A stretch of DNA of 64,000 bases from assembly GCF_018977255.1 (NCBI RefSeq), contig NW_024704742.1:2606001-2670000 (forward strand), read 5' to 3'. Positions within the stretch are counted from its first letter, which is position 1; the number at the start of each line of letters is the position of its first letter. This document shows positions 1-12,470 of this stretch, one piece after another. The position numbers were made by a program, and so were the translations under genes. This DNA comes from Callorhinchus milii. Taxonomy: Eukaryota. The notes beneath the pieces are model-generated. The model worked only from the letters and a program-made list of their open reading frames with translations, searched no databases and was not told the origin of the DNA.

Positions 1-1479
1 GACTTAGGCTGGACGTGCTGGTGTGAAATCAGTCAGGGTTTACTTCGGTTTTTATTTTACCCGATATTGTTTATTTTAGCAATCTGTTGTTTCTCTTCTC
101 GGAGATGATGATCATATTCTTGGGATGATTTTGAGCCTGAGCGGCTTCTGGATGCCTTTCCGGTCTATGTATTTACCCCTCAGTGTGATAGGAATTACAA
201 AGTTAACAGAGGTAACTCAATACAAGTCCTGGTGGGTGAGGAGGGAGAGAATTCATGACTAGCAAGTTCCAACAGCGACAACAACTTGCAGTTATATAGC
301 GGCCTTCACAGGTGTAACGACTCAGATCACTTAACAGTGATGGAGCTTTGACTCCGAGCCAGGGAGAGTGGGGACAAGGCTGAGGGACAGAAGCCGGGAA
401 CTCCAGAGGTTGGGGCCTCGGCCACTGAATGGTCAGTCAAAGGCTACCAGGATCGGAAGGGTGATTGACTGGTGGACTCAATAGGATTTGAATTTTCCAG
501 TCCCACTTTCACCATCCGTACATGATCTGCGATATCCTGCAGAAACCAGATAAGGTCAATTATGTCACCTGGAACATTGAGGACATATTTTATTCCTTTG
601 TGAAGAAGCTGACTGGAACATCTAAATTCTCTATGCCTCCCCCCCCCCCCCCCCACCCCCCCCACTCTCGTGGATCATATGTGCATTTGGTGTTGCTCCC
701 TGTAAGAGAAAGTATATCCTGGAAAATAAAATCCATTTGATATTTGCACTTGTTTCACCCAGTGTTTCAGACCTGTCTGTACAGATTGCGGGATCACTTC
801 TTAATCGATCAGGGAATAGCAGAGACTAAATTCATATCTAAGATGACTTTCAATCTCTCCCACAAGGAGCCTGCAGGCAGAACCACTAGCGGCCCAGACC
901 AACAGTAAGTTGAAAATATGTCTTAAACCAATAAGTCCCTGTCGTTTGTGCCTGTGAGAAATGGCCCGACTGACAAAAACAAAGACAAAACTATGATCAA
1001 GGCTCGAGAAAGGACGGAATGAATTACAAAGGCTAAGGATGTAATGCTGCTAGCTTAAGGTTTAGTGCACAACTCGATGAAATACTGCACAACACTTAAA
1101 ATTTCACAGCTGATAAATTTCTATGTTTTTCTTTTCCGTGGAAACGTTGTAAACATTGCAATTGCCAGAATAATTCATGGTAATGCAAGTTCATGCATGT
1201 ATAATTGCCTCAAATGTAATTGCTAAAACTTTCAGAGGAGAAAATACTGTCAGATGCTCACATTTCTCATTTCACACTAAATGCTTTGATAATATTTCAG
1301 TAACATTTCATTAAACTCAGAAATTTTAAATAAGAGTGAGGGAGAGCGAGAGAGAGAGAGGGAGACGTGCAAGTCTGCAGGTTTGACAATTCTTTAAGGT
1401 GCAATGTTGACTGGTTCAACTGTTAATTTCATTGGTCCTGTTAATGTTACATACATAAAACCATCAAACGTAAAATGAT

Positions 1480-1720
1480 ATAAAACCAAGACCTCGTCCA
1501 TCTGTTTTGTTCAGGGGGACGTTAAAGATCTTATAGCACTGTTCAAAAAGAGTTGCTCCTGGTGTCCTGACCAACTATCCCCCAGATATAATTGATCACT
1601 CAATGGCTGTCTGTGGGTCATTGCCGTGTGCAAATAGGCTGCTGCAAATTCACCTACAAGTACACTGTCACTACACTTTGCAGTGGCATCCCTATGAAGC
1701 ACTTTGAGATGTCCTCCTGA
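1480..1720 (+). mobile_element. Deu-domain SINE 3' fragment
   Basis: ggacgttaaagatc...ggctgtctgtgggtcattgccgtgtgcaaataggctgctgc...gaagcactttgagat, matching the other SINE bodies in the window. Confidence 0.55.
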
Positions 1721-1749
1721 TGTTCAGCTGTTTTTATCTTGTGCTGAAC

Positions 1750-2045
1750 AGTAGACCCGGAGGATACGGCCTGCGATTGACAGAGGTGAGTAAAGTCAGA
1801 ACAAATCTGTGGAAACACTCCTTCAGTGAGCTGATGGACCAGGCTCCCTGGGGAGACGGTGGAAGCAGAACATGTTATTTGTTTCAAAAGCAAATGAGAT
1901 AGATTCCTGCTAGAAAATAATATGTCGGGATAGTGTGTATAGTTTGGGACACGACCTGTCAAGCGACCACCAGGATGGTGGAAGGCGAACTAAATGGACC
2001 TTGGTCTTCTCGCGCCAGCAAATTCTTATGTTCTTGTGGTCTTAT
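1750..2045 (+). mobile_element. CR1-like LINE 3' end fragment
   Basis: atggaccttggtcttctc...ttcttatgttcttg tail, typical of CR1 3' ends. Confidence 0.5.
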
Positions 2046-4045
2046 GTGAAAGGCACCGTACAAAATGTAAAGATTTGGATATTTACAGTCATGTCGATGC
2101 AGGTAAAAACGGTATATAAAACAGATGTGCTAGTTGTGGTAACTGTGCAGTGAGTTGAAAGTTACAGCAAGATTGAAAGATTGCACAAAGCCACTGCGAT
2201 TGATTTACGAATGTCCTGAACGTGGAGAGAAGAGACATCTCACTGTAACCTGGACTGGCGTAAAACCTCCCACAAGTTACTTCAGGTCCGGCAATTTTGG
2301 TAGCCGTAAGTTGATTTGGAAGTAGTGAATTCTCCAGATGTGTCTCAGGCCAAACTTCCCAAATTAAAATAACTTAATGGAGCACCACGTCTTGTCTCAG
2401 AATCCCTCTGTGACACCGTGAAGTACCAGCTAACGGGCTTTCAGCCTCTCCGCCCCCACTTTCCGGTCCCTCAAATTTTCTGCCTCCCGCCCGCCCCCCG
2501 CCGCCCCATCTCGTTTAAGGTCCGTGTACCTCTGAATTTTTTTTAAAGAGAATGTTGCCTGTCAAATGACTTTAGTACCTTTTAGTATTGTAGTTCTGTG
2601 TCAGCCTTTGCCAGCCTGGAGTCTCAGCTGTGAAAAAACTTGCCATTTATTTTTCGTTAAGGAAACCTGCACAACGTCGATGAGAGGCAAACAGAAAAGT
2701 GAGTGTGCGTCGCAGCAGAGCAGAATCAGCAGTTAGAACAGACCACCGACTGGAAAAGGGATCTGGGGAGGGAAAAAAAACCATGTTACAGCAGATAAAG
2801 AGGCCAATCTGGGTTTGAAACCCAGCTTTGAGAGACCTGAGCTGTTCACCCAGGGAGGTTTCACCGCGTTTCTCAGTGAATCTCTTTCCAATCAGTGATT
2901 CTGCGTGCACGGGCGATTGATTTTATTTTGCCCCGTAGATTTTGCACGCTTAGGCTCGTACACTGAAGTCGGCTAAATTTGTTTCATCCAAGCTTCGGAG
3001 ACCTGACGAGTTTGGTTCAGCAATCTTCCCGTTTCCATTCTACAGTTTTGACTGATGTTACCGAAACCTTTATGTTGGACTCTGTGAATCAAGCTAATCA
3101 ACTGGTGGTGGAAATCCATGGCTTTATTCCATTTTTTTTCCCCTTTCTCCTCCCCCCCACCCCCCTACCGACCTGCAATTTTTCCCCTCCTGTTCCAAAG
3201 ACGCTGATTCAATGCTTCATGTTTGGGGTACGGTATTTGCACCTTATCCATGATTCACTCCCTAGAAACAGAGAAGGGAGATGGGGTGGGGGGGGGGGGG
3301 AAGGTGGGGAGGGGGATGAATGCAGCATTTTAATACAGATTTGATAATAATATTAAGGTGGGATTCAAAGATAGATAGGTGGGGGCAAGGCAGAGGCATC
3401 GAGACAGGGAGTTCCAGAGATAGCAGATGGAGTCAGGAAACATGCAGGAGGTCACGACTATCTACCTGAACTGACAGACAAGAATTCGGTTCAACATGTC
3501 CTGATTTGATGGATTCCCAGTTGTATTGTGCAGACATCTTTATCGAGTGGCACCTTTCCTACCCATTGAAGGCGCTTGCCTAATTTTGTAAGACGAGTCT
3601 TGACATTTGTGGACAATTGCTACTGAAGCTCCATCACGAGGAAGGAGTCCGGTATTGATCGGACATAGCAGGCTTTCCCTTTGATAGCACACTTATATTG
3701 AGGCATTCATGTTTGAAATGGCCTCGCTAAGGCGGGCAGCAGTGCGACTAATGAGCAGCAGCCGCAGATCAATTATAAATTGAATCAAAGCCAATTGTTG
3801 ATAAATGGTTTAAATCGGTCACACACCATAAGAAAAACGATAGCTGGAAATGAAGATCGTTTTCATACAGCATTACGTACAATAATAGATTGCCCGTTCT
3901 GAGTCAATCTAAAACCAATTCAGAAATGGACGTTCAATATTCAGAGGTCTTTTTTGTTTTCAGGTGGAAACATTGTTGGTGTATACATGTTGCTTCTCCT
4001 CTAGATAAGTTCACAATGCATTAGAAATGTGATATAATATGATTC

Positions 4046-4140
4046 AGGAGCACTGCATTGTCAGAGGTGCCATTCTTCGGATAAGATGTTAAACCGACGA
4101 CTCATCTGCCTATTTGGAAGGACATTAAAAGGTCCCATGG
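4046..4140 (+). mobile_element. Deu-domain SINE core fragment
   Basis: gcactgcattgtcagaggtgccattcttcggataagatgttaaaccga...atctgcc, resembling the DeuSINE central domain. Confidence 0.6.
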
Positions 4141-4246
4141 TGATCAGATTCAAATCCTTTTGAGAATCCTGCAATTTATATTCCACTGAGATGCCAAAAA
4201 ACAATGTGTATGAGACATCATTCGCCTGTGTGCATGCCATCATTCT

Positions 4247-4547
4247 GGTGTCCTGGAGCTCAGTGGTTAGAGCTCTCGCCTCGCAAGCGAGAGGACCTGG
4301 GTTTGATTCCCGGCAGGGCGAAATGTTCGGCAAGTTTCCTTACTCCACACGCCTCTGTTTACCCAGCAGCAAGTAGGAAACCTGTTCATAGTCGATTGGC
4401 GGATCACTTTTCCGGGAATAATAATTCTTTCAAAAAAATAACAATTGGTTCATTCAATCTACGCGTGTTTGTGGGGATGCTGCTGCGCTGTGCAGATGTC
4501 TTCTCGATGTGGAAGGCCCTTTATTAAGTGCAGGGTTTAGGATTATT
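4247..4547 (+). mobile_element. tRNA(Ala-like)-headed SINE, long variant
   Basis: A box agctcagtggttagag, anticodon arm ctcgcctcgcaagcgag, B box gggtttgattcc, then the body shared with other copies. Confidence 0.85.
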
Positions 4548-5840
4548 TGCATCGTACGAGCGCACCAACCTCACAAGTAGCACAGATCTGATTTGCCTAT
4601 CAGTTCGAAATACCTACTGGGGCTCTCAGCAGGGGAATTTGTCCGACAGAATCCTGGTGAAGTAGAAGCCAGCGTGAACAGGCAGTTAAACAAATCTGCG
4701 CAACGTTTTCACCAATCATTTTTCATGCTGTGTATAACAGAATTAAATTGGATATCAACAATTGGCTTTGGTTGGATTTATATTTGATCTGTGACTGCAG
4801 CTCATTAGATGTCGCCAGTCTCCTTCCTGTTTGAGTGCGTGTACATACTGCATCCATCAATGCAGTTTAAGTCATTCTTCTGCCGCTGCCCAAGGATTTG
4901 CACATGACAGGACTGAAAATTAAGTCTTGGCTTTTGAAGTGTTTCCACCAGAAGAGAGTAATTAGACAGTATTTTTAATTCAGTACTTTTCTCTTGGAGA
5001 AATTGAGCAATCAGTAAATCATGTTGACAAACTATCAACGAAACTGTTCCTTGTTTCCCTGATCTATTTCAATATTATTTCAAACATTAGTGCGCGAAAA
5101 TGCTGCTTCGTTTTAAAAAAAAATGAGCACTATTGCTTCAGGAAGAAGGTCCTGGAATTATTCCTCTGTTTCCATTGCCAATGCTGCAATTATACTGCAG
5201 AACAATAATAATCATAATAATCCTAACGTTTGCTTAGTGCTTCGCAGTGTAGACTGTAAAGTGCAGTGGCCGTGTGTCCCACAAACAGCCATGGAGTAAG
5301 CAGCCAATTTTATCCAGGAGATTGTTGGGCAGGACACCAAGAGGAACTCCCTTCCCTGTTCAAATACTGCAATGGACTCTTTATTGCGCACCTTTGGGAA
5401 AGAGATGACCTTGGTTTAACATCTTATCCAAAGGATAGAACCTCTTACAATCCCCCACCCCCAAAGCACTGCAGCTAAGACCATATAAATACCAAGCCTC
5501 AAGTCAACAACGACAACAATTTGCCTTTACATAATGTCCTTCACGAGGGGTTTAATGTCTTGGGGCAGTTGGGTAGAAGGTCCTTAAATGCTTCAGCAGT
5601 AGTTTAGCCGCTCTCACTGAGATGGAAACCACCCCTTTCTATACCAGGATACCAGGCTGCATTAATGGCATTAAAACCAGCATTGGTATTCAGGAAGGAT
5701 TCGATCAAGTGGACCAAAGTGGGGCTTTCTTTTTTTCAACCATGTGAACTTGTCGTCTGATGTCCATGCTACAAATGTACGGTTTTCATAGAATAAACGT
5801 GATTAATTATCATAAACTGTGAAAGCGATGGGCGGGGTAA

Positions 5841-6015
5841 CGTTTTATGGGGTCAAGATCGTGGGGTGTGATATTATCACTGGTGATAATTATCACATCA
5901 ACCAAAAGCGCGTCATCAATTAAGCGTCAGTAATTATCACTGACCTCGCTGATACTGCGCGACGGTGAAAAAATCACTGGTGATGGTATCAGTGGTGAAA
6001 GTATCCCATGTAACG
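5841..6015. mobile_element. Putative MITE / DNA-transposon relic with internal palindromes
   Basis: Imperfect terminal inverted repeats cgttttatggggt ... atcccatgtaacg; multiple GTGATA/TATCAC palindromes; related sequence at ~28690-28740. Confidence 0.4.
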
Positions 6016-6057
6016 ATTTGTACCTCTGTGATTGGCATTTGCCTCCCAAGTGTAATT

Positions 6058-6250
6058 GTGTTTTATTATTATATTATTATGTTCTTATTATATTATTTAT
6101 TTTATTATATCATATAATTATTATTATGTATTATCATTATATATTATTATATTATTATATTTTTATTATATTATACGTTATGTATTTTATTATGTCAAAT
6201 AATTATTATTATATATTATTATATTATATTGTTATTATTGTTATATTATA
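6058..6250. repeat. AT-rich (TAT/TTA)n low-complexity tract
   Basis: Degenerate tattattat array. Confidence 0.9.
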
Positions 6251-6763
6251 TCGTTTGTGTCGTGCTGTCTGAGGTGACATTCTCATGCGTTAAATCTGGA
6301 AACTGCCTCCAGTTCACTAATAATCCAAGCTTTCACATCACTGAAAATAATTGCACATTGCAAGTTTGTGGTTATATCAGTAAACACCTTCATCCTATGA
6401 CCGTTAAGGGCTGTATTTCCATTAAATGATCATATTGACTCCTTCATTTTTTTTAACACAAAACACGCGGATCCACCCCACTTTAGAGCCTACCCTGTGA
6501 AGCCTCTTCGGACGTCCTTCCGAACTGAAAGGCGCTGTACAAATGCAAATTAGTATTGTATCAAATGCGAGGAGAATTACTGTTAACAAGAGTTTTCCGC
6601 TTCTTTTACTCAAGCATAATAATTCTTTATAGTGTTTGACGTTGGCCGTGCTGACGCTCATTCAGTTTTTTTCTCCTTCCCGGTTTTCCTCTTACGGGCA
6701 AAATGAGACCTGAGATCAAACAGTGGTTGACTCACTTCTGTCATTCCTTCCAATTTTTTCCAG

Positions 6764-6930
6764 GTGAAAGGCGGACACTATGCTTTTGTTTGGGATGTGG
6801 CGGTGCTGGAATATGTGGCACTAAACAGTCCTGACTGCTCGTTTTTCACGATTGGCAACACTCTGGCAGACAGAGGATACGGGATTGCTCTCCAACACGG
6901 AAGCCCATACAGAGACATATTCACTCAAAG
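6764..6930 (+). CDS. GRID2: GRID2 internal coding exon (S2 ligand-binding segment)
   Basis: Polypyrimidine acceptor ttttttccag|GTG and donor CAAAG|gtagga. 167 nt translating [55 protein letters not shown](R), matching the GluD2 S2 segment ([20 protein letters not shown]). Ends in phase 2, compatible with the next exon. Confidence 0.96.
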
Positions 6931-7181
6931 GTAGGATTGCGGAGTTTTGCACTGTGCCTCGTGCTGTATGTTCACTCCAGGCTAAAACGACCGCTAGAAC
7001 TGCTGGAACGGAGAAGACGTGATAAGGCGCTGTATCAAATGTAATTATTATTGTATTGATTGTTACATGAGGGCCCAACCTCGATCTTATCCCTCGTCTC
7101 ATCTTGCGACACTTTCCCCATATCCTTCAATGTTCTCCCGCAGCCGTGTGTTCAGTTATTTCTTGTATGTGCGCTTGGCGG

Positions 7182-7245
7182 TATAACAGGCACCACAAGG
7201 GAGTCTTCACTTGTCACTTGTAGTTCTGAGATGTTAAACTGAGGT
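7182..7245 (+). repeat. Inverted repeat, left arm (pairs with 8181-8244)
   Basis: 61 of 64 positions identical to the reverse complement of 8181-8244. Confidence 0.9.
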
Positions 7246-7270
7246 CCCTCCGCTAAGTGGGTGTGCACAT

Positions 7271-7601
7271 GTGGAGTCCTGTAGCTCAGTGGTTAGAGCA
7301 CTCGCCTTCCAAGCGAGACACCTGGGTTCAGTTCCAGGCAGAGGGCGAAACCTTGAGCAAGTTTTCTTACTCCACACACCTAATAATAATCCCTCCAAAA
7401 CAATAATAAATTGGTCATTTTCAATCCGCGGCTGTTCATGGGGACACTGCTGTGCGCAATTGGCTGCTGCGTTTCGCCCACAAATATATAGTCAATTCAC
7501 TTTACAGCCTATTCTGTGAAGGGCTTTGAGACGTCGAGAAGACGCAAAAAGCGCTTTATCAAATGCAAGGATTATTATTATTATTATCATTATTATTATT
7601 A
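7271..7601 (+). mobile_element. tRNA-headed SINE, short variant, full length
   Basis: gtggagtcctgtagctcagtggttagagc head, body, and aaatgcaaggattattattatt tail. Confidence 0.9.
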
Positions 7602-7609
7602 TAGTTTGC

Positions 7610-7890
7610 TCCCCAACAACAGACTGTGGCAGAGAATTCCACGCTCTCACCATTATCTGGGTGACAAAGTTCCTCCTAATCTCTGTTCCGAACCTCCCAG
7701 TTATGATTTTAAATTATGCTCTCTCGTTCTACGCCCCTGACTACTATCCCTATCTAAGCCTCTGGTCATCTTACATAACTCTACCTATCATATCCCCTCT
7801 TAGCCTTCTGAGCTCCAAACAAAATAGCCCCAGTCGATCTAGCCTATCCATATAAATGGATTTGCTCATTCCAGGCAACATCTTGGTGAA
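7610..7890 (-). mobile_element. CR1-like LINE 3' fragment
   Basis: gcagagaattccacgctctcaccatt...tcccctcttagccttctgagctccaa...ccaggcaacatcttggtgaa, typical reverse-strand CR1 ORF2 end. Confidence 0.6.
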
Positions 7891-8180
7891 TACAGTATGT
7901 ATTGCCTTATCACATTGCTGAGACATCTCAAAGGCTCTTCATAGGATATACTCTGACGAGTCGTGACAAACGGCCATAGAATGAGTGACCAATTTTATTC
8001 GGGGGCAATGTTGGCCAAGACACCTGGAGAAAAGGCGCGGTCGAAGAGGAGAGTCTTGAGGTGGGTTTTGAGGGAGGCAAGGGAGGGGGCAAAGTGGAGG
8101 GTCTGCAGGATGGTGGTCCGGAGGGCGTGGGCAGAGGGTGGTGGGCCGGGCTAGGCAGGGGACGTGAATCAGGCCGAGGC

Positions 8181-8244
8181 ACCTCGGTTTAACAGCTCAG
8201 AACTACAAGTGACAAGTGAAGACTCCCTTTTGGTGCCTGTTATA
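8181..8244 (-). repeat. Inverted repeat, right arm (pairs with 7182-7245)
   Basis: Reverse complement reads tataacaggcaccaaaagggagtcttcacttgtcacttgtagttctgagctgttaaaccgaggt. Confidence 0.9.
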
Positions 8245-9901
8245 ATTTAGAGCCGCGCCAACATGGGAAGAAAGCCCATGGAACTGGTGAAGTCGCTGCC
8301 GGCTAGGGAAAACAATGCAGAGCTGTCAACATCAAAACGTTGGAAATGTCATTGATAACCAACAGCAACGCTGGCTGCAAACCTACTTGAAGGCTCTGGA
8401 GTTGTTTTTATTTGTAAAATTGACATTAATCAAAACAGATCACATATTTACAATCCAAAGGTAGCAGTTACTGTCCCTAATTAAGTGACGTGTGGCAGAT
8501 TTGGTTATTGGCAGCTTGCCTGTGCGTCACTCAGTCTGTGCCATTGTTGACCAACTTATTTGCAGTGAAGCAAATCTGATGTTTGTATAAAATGTCTGCA
8601 GGTTAATTTGTTTTTGAAGGGCTCCTGCTCTATATCGTATGTGCAGACAGGCCTCAACTCTCCTGGATTTCGGTGGGGGGTGGGAGGGGAGATTGAAGCA
8701 GAAATCTTGCTTCTACTCCATATTCAGTGACTGCTGTTTATAGCACTCAAGTGTGAAACAATATAGCATAACAGCACAGGTGGCGGAGAAAGGACCAACG
8801 CAGGTGGTGGTTTTGTAAAGGTCAAAATGGAACAAGGTACTGCCAACTAAAATGGGTTGTGGCTATTATATTTAGATGCAGATACATCGAGGAATCTTGT
8901 GTGAGACTGAGTGGGTTGATTACATAGACTAATGGTGTTGACAGTGCCTGAAATTTTACTACCTGTGTCGATCTCTGTCAGATGACTTGAAGGATTGGCC
9001 CCTGAAGCTCTACATGGTTGAACAGCTTGTCCACACTTACTAGCTGGACTCGCATGTGAAGAAAGCCGACTCGGGTGACATGTAGTGGGATCTCTGGGAC
9101 CAGCCAGTAGTTGCTGTTTGCTAAACAACAGCAACAACAGCAACAACCGGCTGTAATCAGAACATCTTTTAGCCGCGATGCTTATTTCTTTCATTGATCC
9201 AGCAACACAGACTCACAACTAGAAAATAAGCCGTGTTAGACCTCTATTAACTGCAACCCAGTTGGAGACAGGACCCCACCCCCGCACGACCTGTACAACA
9301 CACACAATGCCCTAACTATGGTTATTTGACTTGTACACTAATTAGGTGTCAGCCTCTGTTAATCTGACCCATTTTGCTTTCCATCCTACTGCAGTTTGGC
9401 TCCACGCGCGCGAGTCCAATAGCTTGTCCAAGTGCCGTTATTCACGTGCGAATCACGACTGAGATAGAGAGGCCATTTACTACAGGGGAATGGGGCATAG
9501 CCGAACCCAGTCCATTCATCACACACACCCACTTATCCGATTGAGGTCTCTGGATAGTAGTTAGGGTAGGCTGAGGCCAAATGTAGCACCCTGATTGCTG
9601 CTTTAGTTAACATCTGCTGATACAGAGGGAGGGATTGGGTTGAATAATGTTTTCAACTCTGGAACCTCTAATGGAAGTGGGTCAGATTGATGACTTGAAC
9701 GTTTTCTTTCACTCTCCTCTCTCTCTCTCTCTCTTTGAAATAGGTTTAGGTTAATCAATTGGCTCACCTCCAATTGAGGAAGTTGCTAGTCCATAATTCT
9801 GTGCCATCTTTATGTCATTAACCATCTCGCTCAGACAGACTTTAAGAATGGAGATGTCACACACCTTTGAGGTCAGGTTCAATGGGTATTATTCAGGCAC
9901 T

Positions 9902-10350
9902 GTGGAGTCCTGTATCTCAGTGGTTAGAGCACACGCCTCGCAAGCGAGAGGACCCGGATTTGATTCCCGGCAGGGCGAAACGTTGGGCAAGTTTCATACT
10001 TGACACGCCTCTGTTTACTTGGCAGTAAGTAGGAACGCAGTTGTGAGTCGATTGGTGGATTGCATTTTCTGGGGTAATGATTCCTTCAAATTAACTTGCC
10101 AGGTTTGCAGCGGCACCCTGTGCAGTTTTAGCTGGTTAAATTTCAACAGGACACTCTTTTGGTTCTTTGGCCACCTGTGCCTAGTACACTCTGCATATTA
10201 AAAATAATAATATTAACAATTTGGTCACTCAATCCACGACTGTTTGTGGGGACGCTGCTGTGCGCAATTGGCTGCAGCGTTCCGCTCACAAAATAAACAG
10301 TCAATTCACTTTACACTATATTCTGTGAAGCGCTTTGAGACGTCTCGAAG
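9902..10350 (+). mobile_element. tRNA-headed SINE, long variant, with an internal ~105-nt foreign insert
   Basis: Head gtggagtcctgtatctcagtggttagagc; body interrupted at ~10095-10200; tail truncated. Confidence 0.85.
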
Positions 10351-12049
10351 ACATCATTGAGTAGTCCACATCATCCCACAGCTTCCTGCCTTGCCATCCT
10401 TTCTCTGGCGCCCGATGTCCATGTATGTGAGGGACTACTATTTTGTTAAACACAGCTGTAGAAATGCATCTGAAGTGTCGGAAGATACCAATAAATGCGC
10501 TACCAGTATGTTCCAGCACTGCATGTGCATTTTTTGCAACACCCGCATTGTAATCACAGAAATTCCGACTCGCTGCACTCCATCTTTTTCTCGAAAGCTT
10601 TTTCGAAAAGTTCCATGGGATCTCTAACGTCCACCCGTACACGCAGACAGGACCTCGATTTAACGTCTCATTTGAAAGACTTCAAAGTTAGGATTAAATG
10701 CAACAATTTGTGATCCCTGGATGCTCTGAAATACTGCATGGAATAGATCTAGACTAGGATGGACTTTCTTCCCAACAGTGCCAACCCAAGTCCTATTGAT
10801 CCAGGTGGAAAGACATCAGATCCAATCGCAATTAGCAGTGGAGTACAAAATCTTGCCTCAAGCAAAGAATCATCTGCAATGTTCTGGTTTCCAAGCTCAG
10901 CATATTAAATCAATCCACCGATAAACACCACACAGAGATTGCAATATATTTTAGTAACTGTATCATCCTTCCATTCAAAACGGTTCTGCTGAATGCTCTC
11001 TGATATTATTGTTCAGACTGAGATATTGAATGAATGATTCAATGGGCTGTGGTATAAAAGTTTGCCTATTGGCTGTTTTCATCTACTTTTTTATAGAGAT
11101 CATGATTTAAACATAACACTGATCCACGCATAACATGTTTTGGCTGAGTAGTTTTCTGTTTAGCAGGGTTAACCTGTCTGATGCATAATTCATGATGCAT
11201 AATTCAGCAGCAAATACATCATGAATATGCATGGAGATTTATGTGCTGCAAATTTGTATTCATTCATTTCTCAGGAATCCAAAGTAAACTACAGGCGTTC
11301 ATTAAAAAGAAATCTGATACACATTAACTTCCATATTACTGACGCTGATCAATTGTTTACTGGCTCTGCGTGCCTCTTTTCCGGAGTAAACTGTTCCTTA
11401 TTGTTAGACGTTCTTCCTTGCCAGTCGGGGGTGGGGGAATGGAAATTGAGGAGGTAGAAACAAGCTACTCTGCCTCAAAGATGGCACGCTTGCTAATGGA
11501 ATATTTGTATTGAGTCAATTCTCCGCGGCGATCAAAGTAGTCAAGTTCCAGGGCCCGGCAGGCCTCCAAGGGCATTGCTGGTGAAAGATGAGCCAGCCTA
11601 GTTCATCGGGAGGGCTTGCTCCCATTTCGTTCCTGTTAAGGTCTCCAAGCCAAAGCCCCAATAGATAGGTTGGTCAAAGCTGGACGAGTGGCAGGGAGCT
11701 TGCCACACAAAGTGCTCAGAACGACAAGCTGCGGGGTTTTAACAGGTTAAACTCCAGCCGTACCCCAGGGCATATTTTGGGATCCCCAGTCTTTGGGTCT
11801 TGCGCTTCGTATTTAGTGGGATTAGGTTAAACAGTGAAAGTGCCTCCAGGGAGAGAGTGTACCTTCCATTCCAGGCCGATGGAAATTTGCGGCAACTGTG
11901 GAATTCTCAGTCTGATTTCGATGCTCCTAAGAATGCCATGGGTTTCTGTGTCTGAAACACCTGTCTGACTGACCAAAAATAATCTAGATTTGTTGCTGCA
12001 TTGAATCCTGTCGGCAGTCAGAAAACCATTATAGTTCACATAACCACGT

Positions 12050-12470
12050 GTCATGTTTCTACCATGGAAGCATAGAAAATTACAGCACAGAAGGAGGCCA
12101 TTTCGGCCCATCATATCTGCTCTGTCGCTTTTCATTGCAATCCTTTCAATCCCATTTATCCGCCCTTTTTCGCATTCCCCTGCAGTTGACTCTTTATTTA
12201 GGTACAGTATTAATCTAGTTCATTTTAGAAAACTAATATGGATTGTGCTTCAACCACTAATTCCGGCAAGGCATTCCATATCCAACCTATTCTGTGGGGG
12301 AAAAAAAAACATCTTCATTTGTTAACTATCGTACACTGATACCCTCGAGTCAGTGACTCGCTGACTATTGGAAATAATTTCTCCCTCTTGCCTCTATCAA
12401 ATACTTCCTCGTAATTTTAAAGACCTTGATCAGGTCATCCCTTCCTTTATTTTCAGGAGAAATGACATCT
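12050..12470 (-). mobile_element. CR1-like LINE 3' fragment
   Basis: catagaaaattacagcacagaaggaggccatttcggccca..., the reverse complement of a CR1 3' tail like 41930-42080. Confidence 0.6.

Noticed and set aside
4247..4322. tRNA-like sequences (also 7271, 9902, 21600-21690, 48870-48945, 59370, 59765-59838)
   Set aside because: Each continues into a SINE body and tail and the copies differ by scattered mutations, so they are SINE heads rather than tRNA genes.
6925..6935. Exon ending in AG| of an Arg codon, reminiscent of the AMPA-receptor R/G editing site
   Set aside because: The AMPA R/G Arg aligns with the R of GSPYR six codons earlier, and I see no exon-complementary hairpin right after the donor.
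7951..7975. CTGACGA-gtcgtgac-AAAC minimal hammerhead look-alike
   Set aside because: Lacks the G of GAAA and the flanking stems; lies inside a decayed SINE tail.
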